Positions 48,759 through 58,702 of a stretch of DNA of 64,000 bases are shown here, one piece after another. The notes under the pieces were generated by a model, which saw only the letters and a list, made by a program, of their open reading frames with translations, was not told where the DNA came from and ran no database searches. Both the position numbers and the translations under genes were made by a program. Within the stretch, counting starts at the first letter, position 1, and each line of letters starts with the position of its first letter. The stretch comes from an uncultured Bacilli bacterium (GTDB taxonomy: Bacteria > Bacillota_I > Bacilli_A > RF39 > UBA660), in the NCBI GenBank assembly GCA_947629265.1, contig CANRCZ010000002.1, positions 6,567 to 70,566 of the forward strand, given 5' to 3'.

Positions 48759-49043
48759 TCACGAACGTGATTTTTTTTCAATAGTAATTATTAAATCTTC
48801 ACCTTTAGCTACCTCTAAAAATTTATCTAAAGACATTTTATTTCTACCTAATTCATAACTTTGAACTGTGTCCTTGCTTCTATTTATCTTTTTAGCGAAA
48901 TCAGCTTGTGTCATTTCTGACCATTCACGTATTATTTTCAGTATTTCCTTTGGTTCGTAATTGTTAGCTATTATTTTCATATTAACTCCTTTAAATAATT
49001 GTATTAAAAATATATTTACATGTTCTAAAATACGTATTGACAA
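48759..49043 (-). CDS. XRE-family HTH transcriptional regulator (cassette E)
   Basis: 94-aa HTH protein (EMTQADFAKKINRSKDTVQSYELG). Confidence 0.55.
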   Translation of the reverse strand: MSIRILEHVNIFLIQLFKGVNMKIIANNYEPKEILKIIREWSEMTQADFAKKINRSKDTVQSYELGRNKMSLDKFLEVAKGEDLIITIEKKSRS

Positions 49044-49101
49044 TACGCAAATGTTATAGTAGAATATAATTGTAAGATACGTATTATTAATACGTTATAA
49101 T
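49033..49101 (+). promoter_or_regulatory. two palindromic operators overlapping promoters upstream of P5
   Basis: CGTATTG-A-CAATACG (49033-47) embeds TTGACA (49037-42), then a 17-nt spacer and TAGAAT (49060-65). A second palindrome ACGTATTA-T-TAATACGT (49079-95) abuts TATAAT (49096-101). AGGAGG SD. Confidence 0.6.
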
Positions 49102-49116
49102 AGGAGGCAGTTATAA

Positions 49117-49980
49117 ATGAAATTGATTAAAAATTTATTGAAACAAAAACTAGGTGTGACCTTTGGATTAGTAGTTGGTGTCATGTTGATGGGTGGTGTA
49201 AGTAAAGGACTTGACCAATATAATAGTACTGGGGTCAGCTATACTAAAAGTGATGGAACAGTAGTTTCGGTAAAAGATGCTTTAGATGAATTGATAACTA
49301 AATCGTCTAAAGTTGATACATTAGAAAAACAGGTAGCTGATTATAAAAAAGTGATTTTTAACTTATATGATAAAGTAGCTGTAGGAGATTACGTAGCGTA
49401 TGATGCTGGAACATGGGATTCATCAGTACCAGATAAACCAATAGAACAAGGAAAGTTCGGTGGATATAGTCAAGGACAAAGTAAAAATTCTAGTGTAGAA
49501 TGGTGTTGGAAAAGTGATTATAAAACAACATTAAACGGATGGCGTGTACTTAAAAAAGATGGTGGAAAAGTTTACCTAGTTCACGCTGGCCAACCTGAAT
49601 GTTATTATCATGCGGGTAGTAGATATATTGACGCCAGTGAAAAAGCCTTAAACGAAAGAGCACAAAGTACTTACTTAAATACAACATATGCAGACTCAGC
49701 ACATGCTATGAATTATCAAGAAGCATATGATATTGATAAAACTGAACCTATGGTTGCTACCAATAATGATTTACAAAAAACTGGAGATTATTATTATCTG
49801 GCTGCTGACTTTACTGGCAGCATCTGGAGCGTGGAAAATGACGGCAGCATGTGGTCCAACAACATCGCCTCGCGAGGTTTTCGTCCCGTCATCGTCCTAA
49901 AAGCAAGCGTTCAAACTACAGGTAAAGTACACGATGAATTTGGACAAGAAGCTTGGAACTTAATATTACCACCTCAATAA
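49117..49980 (+). CDS. surface protein P5 of the two-Cys C-terminal domain family, with an NNC-codon-rich variable segment
   Basis: Signal anchor FGLVVGVMLMGGVSKG. Conserved SVSYTKSDGTVVSVKDALDELI. C-terminal domain VGDYVAYDAGTWD...VEWC...LNGWRVL...HAGQPECYYHA...YADSAHAMN...YYL...GFRPVIVLK. The variable segment 49800-49905 is rich in gac/ggc/agc/atc/tcc/aac/gcc/gtc codons. Confidence 0.6.
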   Translation: MKLIKNLLKQKLGVTFGLVVGVMLMGGVSKGLDQYNSTGVSYTKSDGTVVSVKDALDELITKSSKVDTLEKQVADYKKVIFNLYDKVAVGDYVAYDAGTWDSSVPDKPIEQGKFGGYSQGQSKNSSVEWCWKSDYKTTLNGWRVLKKDGGKVYLVHAGQPECYYHAGSRYIDASEKALNERAQSTYLNTTYADSAHAMNYQEAYDIDKTEPMVATNNDLQKTGDYYYLAADFTGSIWSVENDGSMWSNNIASRGFRPVIVLKASVQTTGKVHDEFGQEAWNLILPPQ

Positions 49981-50063
49981 AATATTATAACGCAAACTGT
50001 TTTAAACAGTTTTTCTTTTTCATAAAATATCCATTATTATAATAAAATTATATAGGTGATACT

Positions 50064-50303
50064 GTGGATTTTATAAAAAATTTTAAAGATATAATTTTAG
50101 ATACAGAATTTAAAATAACCGCATTTCTCGATAAAGTTGATATCATAAACTACGATTCAATAGGTCACTTTGATAACAATAAAGTAATCATAAGACATAA
50201 AAACGGTGAGGTAATAATAAAAGGTAAAAATTTAGTTGTTTCAAAATTAATGAATGATGAGGTTTTAGTAAGAGGTAAAATTGAAAATATAGAACTAAGG
50301 TGA
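50064..50303 (+). CDS. yqfC: YabP/YqfC family sporulation protein
   Basis: 79-aa protein with the YabP-like beta pattern. Gene order yqfC-yqfD-ybeY-cdd-era-recO as in Bacillus. Confidence 0.45.
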   Translation: MDFIKNFKDIILDTEFKITAFLDKVDIINYDSIGHFDNNKVIIRHKNGEVIIKGKNLVVSKLMNDEVLVRGKIENIELR

Positions 50304-50307
50304 TAAA

Positions 50308-51492
50308 GTGCATTTAAAATCAGTTATAAAAATTCGTATAACCGGTAAAAATACAAATCGCTTTCTAAGAAAAATTATAAACAAAAAAATCGAAATACTA
50401 GAAATAAACGAAATAGACTATAAAACCATCGACATAAAAATATACGATAAAGATTACGACGAAATAATAAAACTAAAAACTATCTACGAGGTAGAAATAA
50501 TCGACACCTATGGATATAAAAAACTAAAAAAAATAATCAAACTAAATAAATACCTAATCATCTTTATCATCATCGGTTTTATTATTTTATTATTTTTAAC
50601 CAATACCATCTTCGAGGTCGAGGTCATCCATAACGATAAAGAAATAAGAAAAATTCTAACCCAAGAATTAGATAAATACGGTATCAAGAAATTTAACATG
50701 GTTAAAAATTACCATCAAATCGAAAAAATAAAAGAAAATATTTTAAAAGATTATAAAGATAAAATAGAATGGTTAGAAATCGAAAGAATTGGAACTAAAT
50801 ACGTAGTTAGAGTCGAAGAACGTATACTAAATTCCAAAAAAGAAAAAACCGAACTAAGACATGTCGTCGCTAAAAAGAATGCCATCATCAAAGACGTCTA
50901 TGCCGAAAGTGGTGACGTCTTAAAAAGAAAAAACGACTACGTAAAAAAAGGTGACATAATTATAAGTGGGACAATATCCCTAAACGAAGATGTTAAATCA
51001 TCATTACCCGCTAAAGGAGTCGTATATGGTGAGGTGTGGTATAACGTCAAAGTTGAAATGCCATACTATAACTATGAAAAAATAAAAACCGGTAAAAAAA
51101 ATAACGTTATCACCTTAAAAATACTTAATCACCGGTTTGAACTTTTCAACTTTCATAAATATAAAACCAAAGATATTAAATCTAAAACCCTACTTAAAAG
51201 TAACCTAATTCCTATCAGTTTAAATAAAGAATTCCAAGAAGAAACCGTCGTAAGTGAAAAAGTTTATCTAAAAGAAGAAGCTATATCACAGACTGAAAAA
51301 AAAGCTAAAGAAGAAATTCAAAAAAAATTAGATGAAAAAGAAAAAATAATTAGTATAAAAAAATTGCATGTTAGCGAAAATAATAGTAAAATAATAGTAG
51401 ATTACTTTGTAACTGTATATAAAAATATAACAGACTATAAAAGTATCAGTATGGAGGAATTAGATGTACGAAATAGTGAACCAAACCAATGA
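50308..51492 (+). CDS. yqfD: sporulation protein YqfD-like
   Basis: 394 aa with a central TM segment. Synteny with yqfC and ybeY. Confidence 0.45.
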   Translation: MHLKSVIKIRITGKNTNRFLRKIINKKIEILEINEIDYKTIDIKIYDKDYDEIIKLKTIYEVEIIDTYGYKKLKKIIKLNKYLIIFIIIGFIILLFLTNTIFEVEVIHNDKEIRKILTQELDKYGIKKFNMVKNYHQIEKIKENILKDYKDKIEWLEIERIGTKYVVRVEERILNSKKEKTELRHVVAKKNAIIKDVYAESGDVLKRKNDYVKKGDIIISGTISLNEDVKSSLPAKGVVYGEVWYNVKVEMPYYNYEKIKTGKKNNVITLKILNHRFELFNFHKYKTKDIKSKTLLKSNLIPISLNKEFQEETVVSEKVYLKEEAISQTEKKAKEEIQKKLDEKEKIISIKKLHVSENNSKIIVDYFVTVYKNITDYKSISMEELDVRNSEPNQ

Positions 51493-51901
51493 AAAAATCG
51501 ACGAATTAACTATAGTTGACTCACTAGTTCAACAAGTAGTTAAAAAATTTGATCTACAAAATTCAGAATTCAATATTATCCTAGTCGATAACGAATACAT
51601 TCATAAACTAAATAAAGAATATCGCAATATCGATCGAGAAACCGACGTCATAACCTTTGCCTTAGAAGACGATAAAGACGTATGCTTAGATCATCGGATA
51701 TTGGGTGATATATATATATCAATAGATAAAGCCCATAGTCAATCCTTAGAATACGGTCATAGTTTCCTAAGAGAATTATCATTTTTAACCGTCCATGGTA
51801 TGTTACACTTATTAGGTTACGACCATATGACTAAAGAAGACGAAGCGGTAATGTTTAAACTACAAGATGAAATATTAGAAAGTGTTGGTATAAATAGATG
51901 A
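51464..51901 (+). CDS. ybeY: rRNA maturation RNase YbeY
   Basis: Zinc-binding HGMLHLLGYDH motif. Length 145 aa. Confidence 0.8.
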   Translation: MYEIVNQTNEKIDELTIVDSLVQQVVKKFDLQNSEFNIILVDNEYIHKLNKEYRNIDRETDVITFALEDDKDVCLDHRILGDIYISIDKAHSQSLEYGHSFLRELSFLTVHGMLHLLGYDHMTKEDEAVMFKLQDEILESVGINR

Positions 51902-52275
51902 ACGAAAAATTAGAAAAATTATTAAATAATGCTTATAGTCCATACTATAACTTTAAAGTGGCAGCAATCATAATAACGAACGATTTAAAAGAATTCGGTG
52001 GTGTCAACGTCGAAAACGCTAATGGAACAAGTATCTGTGCCGAGAGAAATGCAATCGCTAATGCAGTTGCAAACGGATATAAAAAAGGTGACTTTAAAGA
52101 ACTACATATCATGTTAGAAAAAGGATTAGGAACACCTTGCTTTGCCTGTCGACAAGTTATTCTAGAATTTATGGAACAAGACGCTAAGATCATCTGTCAC
52201 GATAAACTAGGTAACATTAAAGAATATACCGTCAAACAACTTTGTCCATATCCATTCAGCGAGGAAAACCTATGA
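51898..52275 (+). CDS. cdd: cytidine deaminase
   Basis: CAERNAI (H/C-A-E zinc site) and PCFACRQVILEF (PCxxCRQ). Length 125 aa. Confidence 0.7.
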   Translation: MNEKLEKLLNNAYSPYYNFKVAAIIITNDLKEFGGVNVENANGTSICAERNAIANAVANGYKKGDFKELHIMLEKGLGTPCFACRQVILEFMEQDAKIICHDKLGNIKEYTVKQLCPYPFSEENL

Positions 52276-53159
52276 GAAGCGGTTTCGTAGCCTTAGTAGG
52301 TCGACCAAACGTCGGTAAATCGACCTTGATGAATAGCATCATCGGTAAAAAAATCGCTATTACATCCAATAAACCCCAAACGACAAGAAACACTATCCAA
52401 GGTATCTATAATGAACCTGATACCCAAATCGTTTTTGTCGATACTCCTGGTATCCATAAACCTAACCATAAACTAGGTAGCTACCTAAATAAACAAGCTT
52501 ACTCATCAACCTACGACGTCGATATAATATTGTGGCTAGTCGACATCAGCGAAGAACTAGGTAGAGGAGACATGTTCGTCTTAGACAAAATCAAAGAAGC
52601 TAAAAAACCCGTCATTCTCGTTTTAAATAAAATCGATAAAATAAATAAAGAAACCATCCTAGAAAAAATCGCTCAATTTAAAGATCTATATAACTTTGAA
52701 GAAATTATCCCGCTTTCAGCTATGAAAAAAGATAATACCGATACCTTAATCAGTGTCATTAAAAAATACCTAAAAGACGATATCAAATACTATGACGATA
52801 ACACCTTATCCAATAAACCTCTTACCTTTATGATAAGCGAAATAGTAAGAGAAAAAGTCTTCAATCTAACCAAACAAGAGGTACCACACTCCTTAACCTG
52901 TATCGTCGAAGACTTAAAAACTAAAAAAAACGTATGTCATATCAACGTGGCAATCATCGTCGATCGCGAATCCTTAAAACGTATTATCATCGGTAAAGGT
53001 GGTAGTATGATAAAAGAAATCGGTTCCAAAGCTAGAGTAGAATTAGAAGCATTTCTAGATAAAAAAGTATATTTAGAACTGTATGTCAAAGTCGTAAAAA
53101 AATGGCGTGATAAAGATAGATACTTACAAGAATTTGGTTTTAACGATTTTGATGAATAA
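52272..53159 (+). CDS. era: GTPase Era
   Basis: G1 GRPNVGKST, G3 DTPG, G4 NKID and a C-terminal KH domain. The ATG at 52272 fits the MRSGFVALVGRPN N-terminus better than the track start at 52242. Confidence 0.85.
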   Translation: MRSGFVALVGRPNVGKSTLMNSIIGKKIAITSNKPQTTRNTIQGIYNEPDTQIVFVDTPGIHKPNHKLGSYLNKQAYSSTYDVDIILWLVDISEELGRGDMFVLDKIKEAKKPVILVLNKIDKINKETILEKIAQFKDLYNFEEIIPLSAMKKDNTDTLISVIKKYLKDDIKYYDDNTLSNKPLTFMISEIVREKVFNLTKQEVPHSLTCIVEDLKTKKNVCHINVAIIVDRESLKRIIIGKGGSMIKEIGSKARVELEAFLDKKVYLELYVKVVKKWRDKDRYLQEFGFNDFDE

Positions 53160-53288
53160 AAATTATAAAATAGTCCCAATATAAAATAGGTGATGAAAAT
53201 GAAAAAAGAACTACTATGGGATTTATTTAAAAATACTGGAAAAATAGAATACTACATGAAATTTAAACAAGAGAAAGAAGATGACTAG

Positions 53289-53510
53289 ATGAAAAAAGTA
53301 AAAGTTGGTGAAAGATATCGCCATTTTAAAGGGATGATCGTTAAAGTAATCGCTTTAGCGAAACATTCAGAAAGCCTAGAAGATATGGTTATCTATGTCC
53401 ACGAAGAAGATGGACAAACTTGGGCTAGACCACTTGAATCTTTCATATCCAAAGTTGATAAAGAAAAATATCCTGATATCGAACAGGAGTACCGTTTTAC
53501 TAAAATATGA
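53289..53510 (+). CDS. small protein (DUF1653-like)
   Basis: 73-aa protein with KVGERYRHFKG at the N-terminus. Confidence 0.3.
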   Translation: MKKVKVGERYRHFKGMIVKVIALAKHSESLEDMVIYVHEEDGQTWARPLESFISKVDKEKYPDIEQEYRFTKI

Positions 53511-54247
53511 TTGAAAAAGTAGAAGGTATTATCTTAAACGAACGAGCTTTTTTAGAAAACTCCAAAATCATCAATATCATAACGAAAGAATATGGTATCA
53601 TTGGCGTTATCGCTAAAGGAGCTAGAACATTAAAAAGTGACTTAAGGAGTGTTACATCGAAACTTACTTATGGAACCTTTAATATCTATTACAAAAAAGA
53701 TAAATTATCAACTTTAAAAAGTGTCGATATAATAAACAACTTTAAAGAAATTAAAACCTCACTAGATAAAATAAGCTATGCTACCTTTATCTTAGATCTA
53801 ACCGAACAAGTAATGAAACATACTAACAACCTAGAAATATACGATCTACTAGTAAGTGCCTTAACTAAAATAAACGAAAACTATGATCCGATGGTCATCA
53901 TGAATATTTTAGAACTAAAATACCTAGAATATTTAGGGGTCATGCCCGTTTTAGATAACTGTAGTATATGTGGTAGTAAAAAAGCTATTGCTACCTTATC
54001 AGCTAGTAAAGGTGGTTACGTTTGTCATAACTGTCTAACAAACGAAAAAATTGTCAGTGAAAAGACGATCAAACTGATTAAAATGTTTTACTATGTCGAT
54101 ATATCTAAAATAGAGAAGACCGATATTAAAGAAGATATCAAAAAAGAAATCAATAGTTTCTTAGATGAGTACTATGATTCATATACAGGCTTATATTTAA
54201 AAAGCAAAATGTTTTTACAAAACCTAAATAGAAATATTTATAATTAA
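53507..54247 (+). CDS. recO: DNA repair protein RecO
   Basis: Position after era. C-terminal zinc finger CSICGSK...CHNC. Length 246 aa. Confidence 0.65.
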   Translation: MIEKVEGIILNERAFLENSKIINIITKEYGIIGVIAKGARTLKSDLRSVTSKLTYGTFNIYYKKDKLSTLKSVDIINNFKEIKTSLDKISYATFILDLTEQVMKHTNNLEIYDLLVSALTKINENYDPMVIMNILELKYLEYLGVMPVLDNCSICGSKKAIATLSASKGGYVCHNCLTNEKIVSEKTIKLIKMFYYVDISKIEKTDIKEDIKKEINSFLDEYYDSYTGLYLKSKMFLQNLNRNIYN

Positions 54248-54270
54248 ACATGTTAACCATGTTTTTTTTA
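54247..54270 (+). terminator. rho-independent terminator after recO
   Basis: AACATGTTAACCATGTT hairpin followed by TTTTTTTA. Confidence 0.5.
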
Positions 54271-54461
54271 TAAACTTTACAAAAAACGATAATTATTGTA
54301 CAATTATAAAGTAGTTTAAATAAAAAATGTAACCTATTATTAGGTCACAATTTAATTAAATTGTGTTTTTTTTAAATCTTATAGATAAACATAATTATTG
54401 ATTTTTATAATTAAACAAGATAATATTATATTGTTTTAATATCTTAAAGGAGTGATTTACT

Positions 54462-56153
54462 TTGATAATAAATGAACTAGAAAAAGTATTAAGTAACGTC
54501 TTCGATGAGTTAGATTACCATATCGATAATGTAAAAGTAATCAAATCTAATCGTTTAGATCTATGTGATTATCAATGTGATGATATTTTTAAATTAGCGA
54601 AAACCTACCATGATAATCCTATCAATATTGGTGAAAAAATTATCAATAAAATTAAAACCATCGAAAATAGTGATTACTACTTTAAAGAAATAACCTTTGT
54701 TAAACCAGGTTTTATCAATATAAAAGTAGGTAATCAACTATTAAACGACGTCTTAAGAAAGATGCACGATTTAGATAAATTTGGAATTGGTAACCCTGAT
54801 AAAGTTAATACTTTTATCCTAGATTACGGTGGACCTAATATCGCTAAACCATTACACGTAGGTCACTTAAGACCAGCTATCATCGGTGAAGCGATGAAAA
54901 GAATAATATCATACTTAGGTCATAAGACGATCGCTGACGTTCATCTAGGTGACTATGGCTTACAAATAGGACAAGTTATCTATGGTATTATGGCTGATAA
55001 AAAAGATATCGATCTAATAACACTAGATTATTTAAAAGAAACATATCCTAAGATCAGCAAACTATGTAAAGAGGATAGTGATATCTTAAATAGCTGTGCT
55101 GAAATAACTAAAAAGTTACAAGATGGCGATGAATACTATCATAAACTATGGAAAAAAATATGTGAAATTTCAATTAGTGACACAAAAAGACTTTATGATT
55201 ACTTAGACGTTCACTTTGATCTATGGAAAGGGGAAAGTGATTCTTATCCTTATATTGATGAGTTACTAGATTTTTTAAAACCATATACGACAGTTAGTGA
55301 TGGGGCTAAAGTTATCGATATTAAAAAAGATGATGATAATAAAAATATGCCACCATTAATCTTACAAAAATCTAATGGAGCTTATCTATATGCTACGACC
55401 GATTTAGCAACTATTTTAGAAAGAAAAAAAGATTTTAATCCCGATTATATTATCTATTTTACAGATTTAAGACAATCACTACATTTTGAACAGGTATTTA
55501 GAGTATGTGAAAAGTGTCATTTAATCGATGCTAAATTAGAACATGTTGGTTTTGGTACTATCAATGGGCCAGATGGTAAACCATTTAAAACGCGAAATGG
55601 TGATATGTTGTCGTTAGATGAATTAATTCAGGATGTGACCAATTCTTTTAAAGAGTTAAAAGATAGCAACAAAGATATGGATTTAAAAGATATTAATATA
55701 ATCGTCAATGCCATTATTAAGTACGCTGATTTACAGAACAATCGGAGTAGGGACTATATTTTCGATATCAATAAATTTTCCAGTGTAGTAGGTAAGACAG
55801 GTCCTTATATTTTATATACTTATTTAAGAATTAACAAAATTTTAAATGAAGAAAAAGAAAGTAATTATTTATCCAACAATATTTATAATCAAGATGACTT
55901 AAATTTAAGAATAAAATTAACTGATTTAAAAGAAGCATTAGTCGAATCTTTTAATACACGTCAACCTAATTATCTAGCTGATTATATTTACGATGTATGT
56001 GTATGTTTGAACACATTCTATCAAAGTAATCACATTCATAACTTGGAAGATGAGGTTAAAAAAAGTGACTATTTATATGTTTTAAATCTAGCGAATAAAG
56101 TTATTAAAGAAATGTTACATTTGTTGATTATCGATATACCAAGTGAAATGTAA
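54462..56153 (+). CDS. argS: arginyl-tRNA synthetase
   Basis: HIGH-like PNIAKPLHVGHLR, class I ArgS catalytic core and a DALR anticodon-binding C-terminus. Begins with TTG per the track. Confidence 0.85.
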   Translation: MIINELEKVLSNVFDELDYHIDNVKVIKSNRLDLCDYQCDDIFKLAKTYHDNPINIGEKIINKIKTIENSDYYFKEITFVKPGFINIKVGNQLLNDVLRKMHDLDKFGIGNPDKVNTFILDYGGPNIAKPLHVGHLRPAIIGEAMKRIISYLGHKTIADVHLGDYGLQIGQVIYGIMADKKDIDLITLDYLKETYPKISKLCKEDSDILNSCAEITKKLQDGDEYYHKLWKKICEISISDTKRLYDYLDVHFDLWKGESDSYPYIDELLDFLKPYTTVSDGAKVIDIKKDDDNKNMPPLILQKSNGAYLYATTDLATILERKKDFNPDYIIYFTDLRQSLHFEQVFRVCEKCHLIDAKLEHVGFGTINGPDGKPFKTRNGDMLSLDELIQDVTNSFKELKDSNKDMDLKDINIIVNAIIKYADLQNNRSRDYIFDINKFSSVVGKTGPYILYTYLRINKILNEEKESNYLSNNIYNQDDLNLRIKLTDLKEALVESFNTRQPNYLADYIYDVCVCLNTFYQSNHIHNLEDEVKKSDYLYVLNLANKVIKEMLHLLIIDIPSEM

Positions 56154-56159
56154 AAAAGC

Positions 56160-56783
56160 CTAACTGGCTTTTTCTTTATATTCATTAACGATATTGTTTA
56201 ATTCGACCATCGTCTGATCGATTTGACTGATATTTTTAGAGTATTTGAATAATTGGTTAGTAACCTCTTTAGGTATCGTATTAGAGAATTTGTATTGGAT
56301 CTTATGATCGATACTAGCCCAGAAATCCATCGCTAGGGTTCTAATTTGAATTTCACATTTGATATCTTTAGTTCCATTAGCGGTAGGAACAGGGAACGTT
56401 ACGATAAGATGGTAGCTTCTATATCCCGTCGCTTTAGGATTTTTAATGTAATCTTTTTCTTTGATGATAGAGATATTTTTATCGTTTTTAATGATATCGA
56501 TTATTAGTGGTATATCTGTTATAAAGGCACATATTATTCTAATACCTACAACGTCGTATATGTATTCGATAATGTTGTAACAATTTATTTCATAATTTTT
56601 ATTTTTTAATTTTTGAAAGATACTTTCTTTTGATTTAATTCTTGTTTTAACATGTTCAACGGGATTGTATCCTGTTTTTATTTTATTTTCATATATTAAT
56701 GTATCAAGTTCTGTTTCTAGTAGCCTTAATGCTGACTTGTAATAGAACATCATATTTTCATATTTTTCGTCATCTATTTTCAT
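56160..56783 (-). CDS. small alarmone synthetase (RelQ/RelP-type GTP pyrophosphokinase, YjbM/YwaC-like)
   Basis: RelA/SpoT synthetase-domain motifs (DVVGIRIIC...GYRSYHLIV...). Length 207 aa. Confidence 0.65.
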   Translation of the reverse strand: MKIDDEKYENMMFYYKSALRLLETELDTLIYENKIKTGYNPVEHVKTRIKSKESIFQKLKNKNYEINCYNIIEYIYDVVGIRIICAFITDIPLIIDIIKNDKNISIIKEKDYIKNPKATGYRSYHLIVTFPVPTANGTKDIKCEIQIRTLAMDFWASIDHKIQYKFSNTIPKEVTNQLFKYSKNISQIDQTMVELNNIVNEYKEKAS

Positions 56784-56885
56784 GTGATTATCATTCCTCT
56801 CATGTGCTCATAAATTATACATTATCTTTGTTAAAAAGTCAAATTTTGTTTTTATTTTTTTAAATATGTGGTATAATTTAGTTAT

Positions 56886-56961
56886 GCTAGAATAGCTCAG
56901 TCGGTAGAGCAACTGTCTCGTAATCAGTAGGTCGCGGGTTCGATTCCTGTTTCTAGCACCA
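56886..56961 (+). tRNA. tRNA-Thr (anticodon CGU)
   Basis: Folded by hand. Acceptor GCTAGAA/TTCTAGC. D-arm GCTCAGTCGGTAGAGC. Anticodon loop CTCGTAA giving CGT. T-arm GCGGGTTCGATTCCTGT. Encoded CCA. Confidence 0.75.
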
Positions 56962-57269
56962 GTAAGCAATTTGTTCAAACTTTTATAGTTTAGGACTTAA
57001 ATATATAAGTATCAATTTCTAAAGAGGTTGGTATTTTTTTAGTGTTTAAGGAATAAAGGACAGGTTTAAATGGTAAATATTACAAAGAAAAAATTAGAAA
57101 GTGATAATGAATTAAAGAAAAAAATAGAATTCATAAATGATTTATATGATAAAGATATACTTGATGATAGTTAAATTGATATAATACAAAGTAATAAAAA
57201 TATTGATAAAGATGATGATTTTGGACGATAAATATGTTAAAATAATACGTAGTTAAAGGAGGTTTAAGT

Positions 57270-58304
57270 TTGATTTATTCAGAGGTAATTGAAAAAAGGA
57301 ACAAACATTGTAAAAAAATACAAACTAATCATTTGATTGTTTTATGTGAAATTGGAGAAAATTATAAATCATTTTGTGATGATTTAGAGAAATTAGTTAA
57401 ATCCATAAGTCATAGGGATTTAGTTAGTGATCTATATCGTGTTATGCAAGGAAAATTATCTATTAGCTCTAACAAATATAAAGAGTTTATAGAAAAACAT
57501 AAACATACTATAGAAATAATGAATAAGTATTCTTGTTTAAGTAATTTAACTGTTTTAAGTTATGATGAACAAGGAAAACGTAGAGAAAATTTAGCAGAGG
57601 ATTATTTCTATCAATATATTCAAGAACACAATGCGGATATAGAAACAATAAAAGCACTAGCATTAAAAATTAAGGCTCTTGGATTTAATGAGATTAATTT
57701 TGGAGAAAAATTAGATTTTACTGAAATTGAATATGAATTAGATAATTCATATGGAAGTGATTTTGCTTTTCTAGAAAATATGGAGGTCAATCCTACATAT
57801 TTAAGTAGTCCAATTAAATATAGAACAAATGGTTCGCATTATTGTTTGATTTTAAGTTCTAGTGGTTATGGTAGTAATAAAGAAATAAGTAAATATGGTA
57901 GAAACATAGAATTAAACAGTTTGATATTTGATCCAAATAAATTACCAAATGAAATAACAACAGAATCTACTATTGGTATAATTCAAGCATTAGCCGAAAA
58001 GAAAAAAGTAGAACATGAAGATATACAAGCTTCTGTAGATTTGAGTATAACTACTAGCGATTTAGTAGGTTATTTTGAACGCTTGAAAGAGGTATCTGAA
58101 AGAATTGATAAAATAAAAGATAATCCAGAATTAAAGAACTTATTAAATCAAATGCAAAATACATTGGCTCAATTACAATTATTTGGAGCAAATTTTGAAA
58201 ATCAAATAATTGATTCTTATGCAGGAATTACAGATGAAACAATGAGAAGAGAGAAAAAATTATATTTAGATAGAAGATATTGGTCCAGTATAGATATTGA
58301 TTAA
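57270..58304 (+). CDS. hypothetical protein (first gene of the tRNA-Thr-proximal islet)
   Basis: 344-aa ORF with no recognisable motif. Begins with TTG per the track. Confidence 0.3.
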   Translation: MIYSEVIEKRNKHCKKIQTNHLIVLCEIGENYKSFCDDLEKLVKSISHRDLVSDLYRVMQGKLSISSNKYKEFIEKHKHTIEIMNKYSCLSNLTVLSYDEQGKRRENLAEDYFYQYIQEHNADIETIKALALKIKALGFNEINFGEKLDFTEIEYELDNSYGSDFAFLENMEVNPTYLSSPIKYRTNGSHYCLILSSSGYGSNKEISKYGRNIELNSLIFDPNKLPNEITTESTIGIIQALAEKKKVEHEDIQASVDLSITTSDLVGYFERLKEVSERIDKIKDNPELKNLLNQMQNTLAQLQLFGANFENQIIDSYAGITDETMRREKKLYLDRRYWSSIDID

Positions 58305-58397
58305 TTTAATAAAATTTAACAAAGTGGCAAAAATGAATTGCTACTTTTTTTATTTTGTAGAATTATAGTAGAAATTGATACAAATATTGTATTGATT

Positions 58398-58555
58398 ACT
58401 CACTTTAGCGAAAATAGTTTGAAACAACCTACTTACTCGCACAATATAGATATTAAACTCGGAAAATTAGAGTAAAAATAGAGAAACTTGCAAAAAGTTC
58501 TTTTTTATGTTATTATGAATATGTCAAGGGAACTTGAATAAAATAAAAAAGGAAT
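58398..58555 (+). repeat. copy 1 of a ~110-150-nt direct repeat carrying a TTGCAA-17-TATTAT promoter
   Basis: Copy 1 and the copy at 58893-59012 are about 85-90 % identical (tatagatatYaaMctcggaaaattMgagYaaaatagagaa(a)cttgcRaaaagttcttttttatgttattatgaaYatgtcaaggRaacttga). Confidence 0.7.
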
Positions 58556-58634
58556 ACCTAATTATAACGAGTTAGGTACTATTCCTGAGATTTTAAGATT
58601 AGTACCGACCTATATAGTTGGTACTATTTTTATT
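58488..58634 (+). ncRNA. candidate antisense sRNA (type I antitoxin-like): promoter, ~110-nt transcript and intrinsic terminator
   Basis: -35 TTGCAA (58488-93), 17-nt spacer, -10 TATTAT (58511-16). Terminator hairpin TAGTACC...GGTACTA (58600-26) plus T5. The terminator region is complementary to the 3' end of the convergent toxin ORF. Confidence 0.4.
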
Positions 58635-58702
58635 AGTATGATTATAATCACAATAATAAGGAGTATTATGATATTACAAAGATATTTCTCTGATTTTCTC
58701 AT
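58610..58702 (-). CDS. candidate type I toxin: 30-aa hydrophobic peptide MRKSEKYLCNIIILLIIVIIIILIKIVPTI
   Basis: Not in the track. SD GGGGTG 6 nt upstream of the ATG. Minus-strand promoter TTGTGT-17-TATAAT at about 58757-58790. The 5' UTR contains the near-perfect palindrome CCCCTTT-c-ACTTTTAAAAGT-AAAGGGG (58711-37), which can sequester the SD. The 3' end overlaps the convergent sRNA terminator. Confidence 0.45.
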   Translation of the reverse strand: MRKSEKYLCNIIILLIIVIIIILIKIVPTI

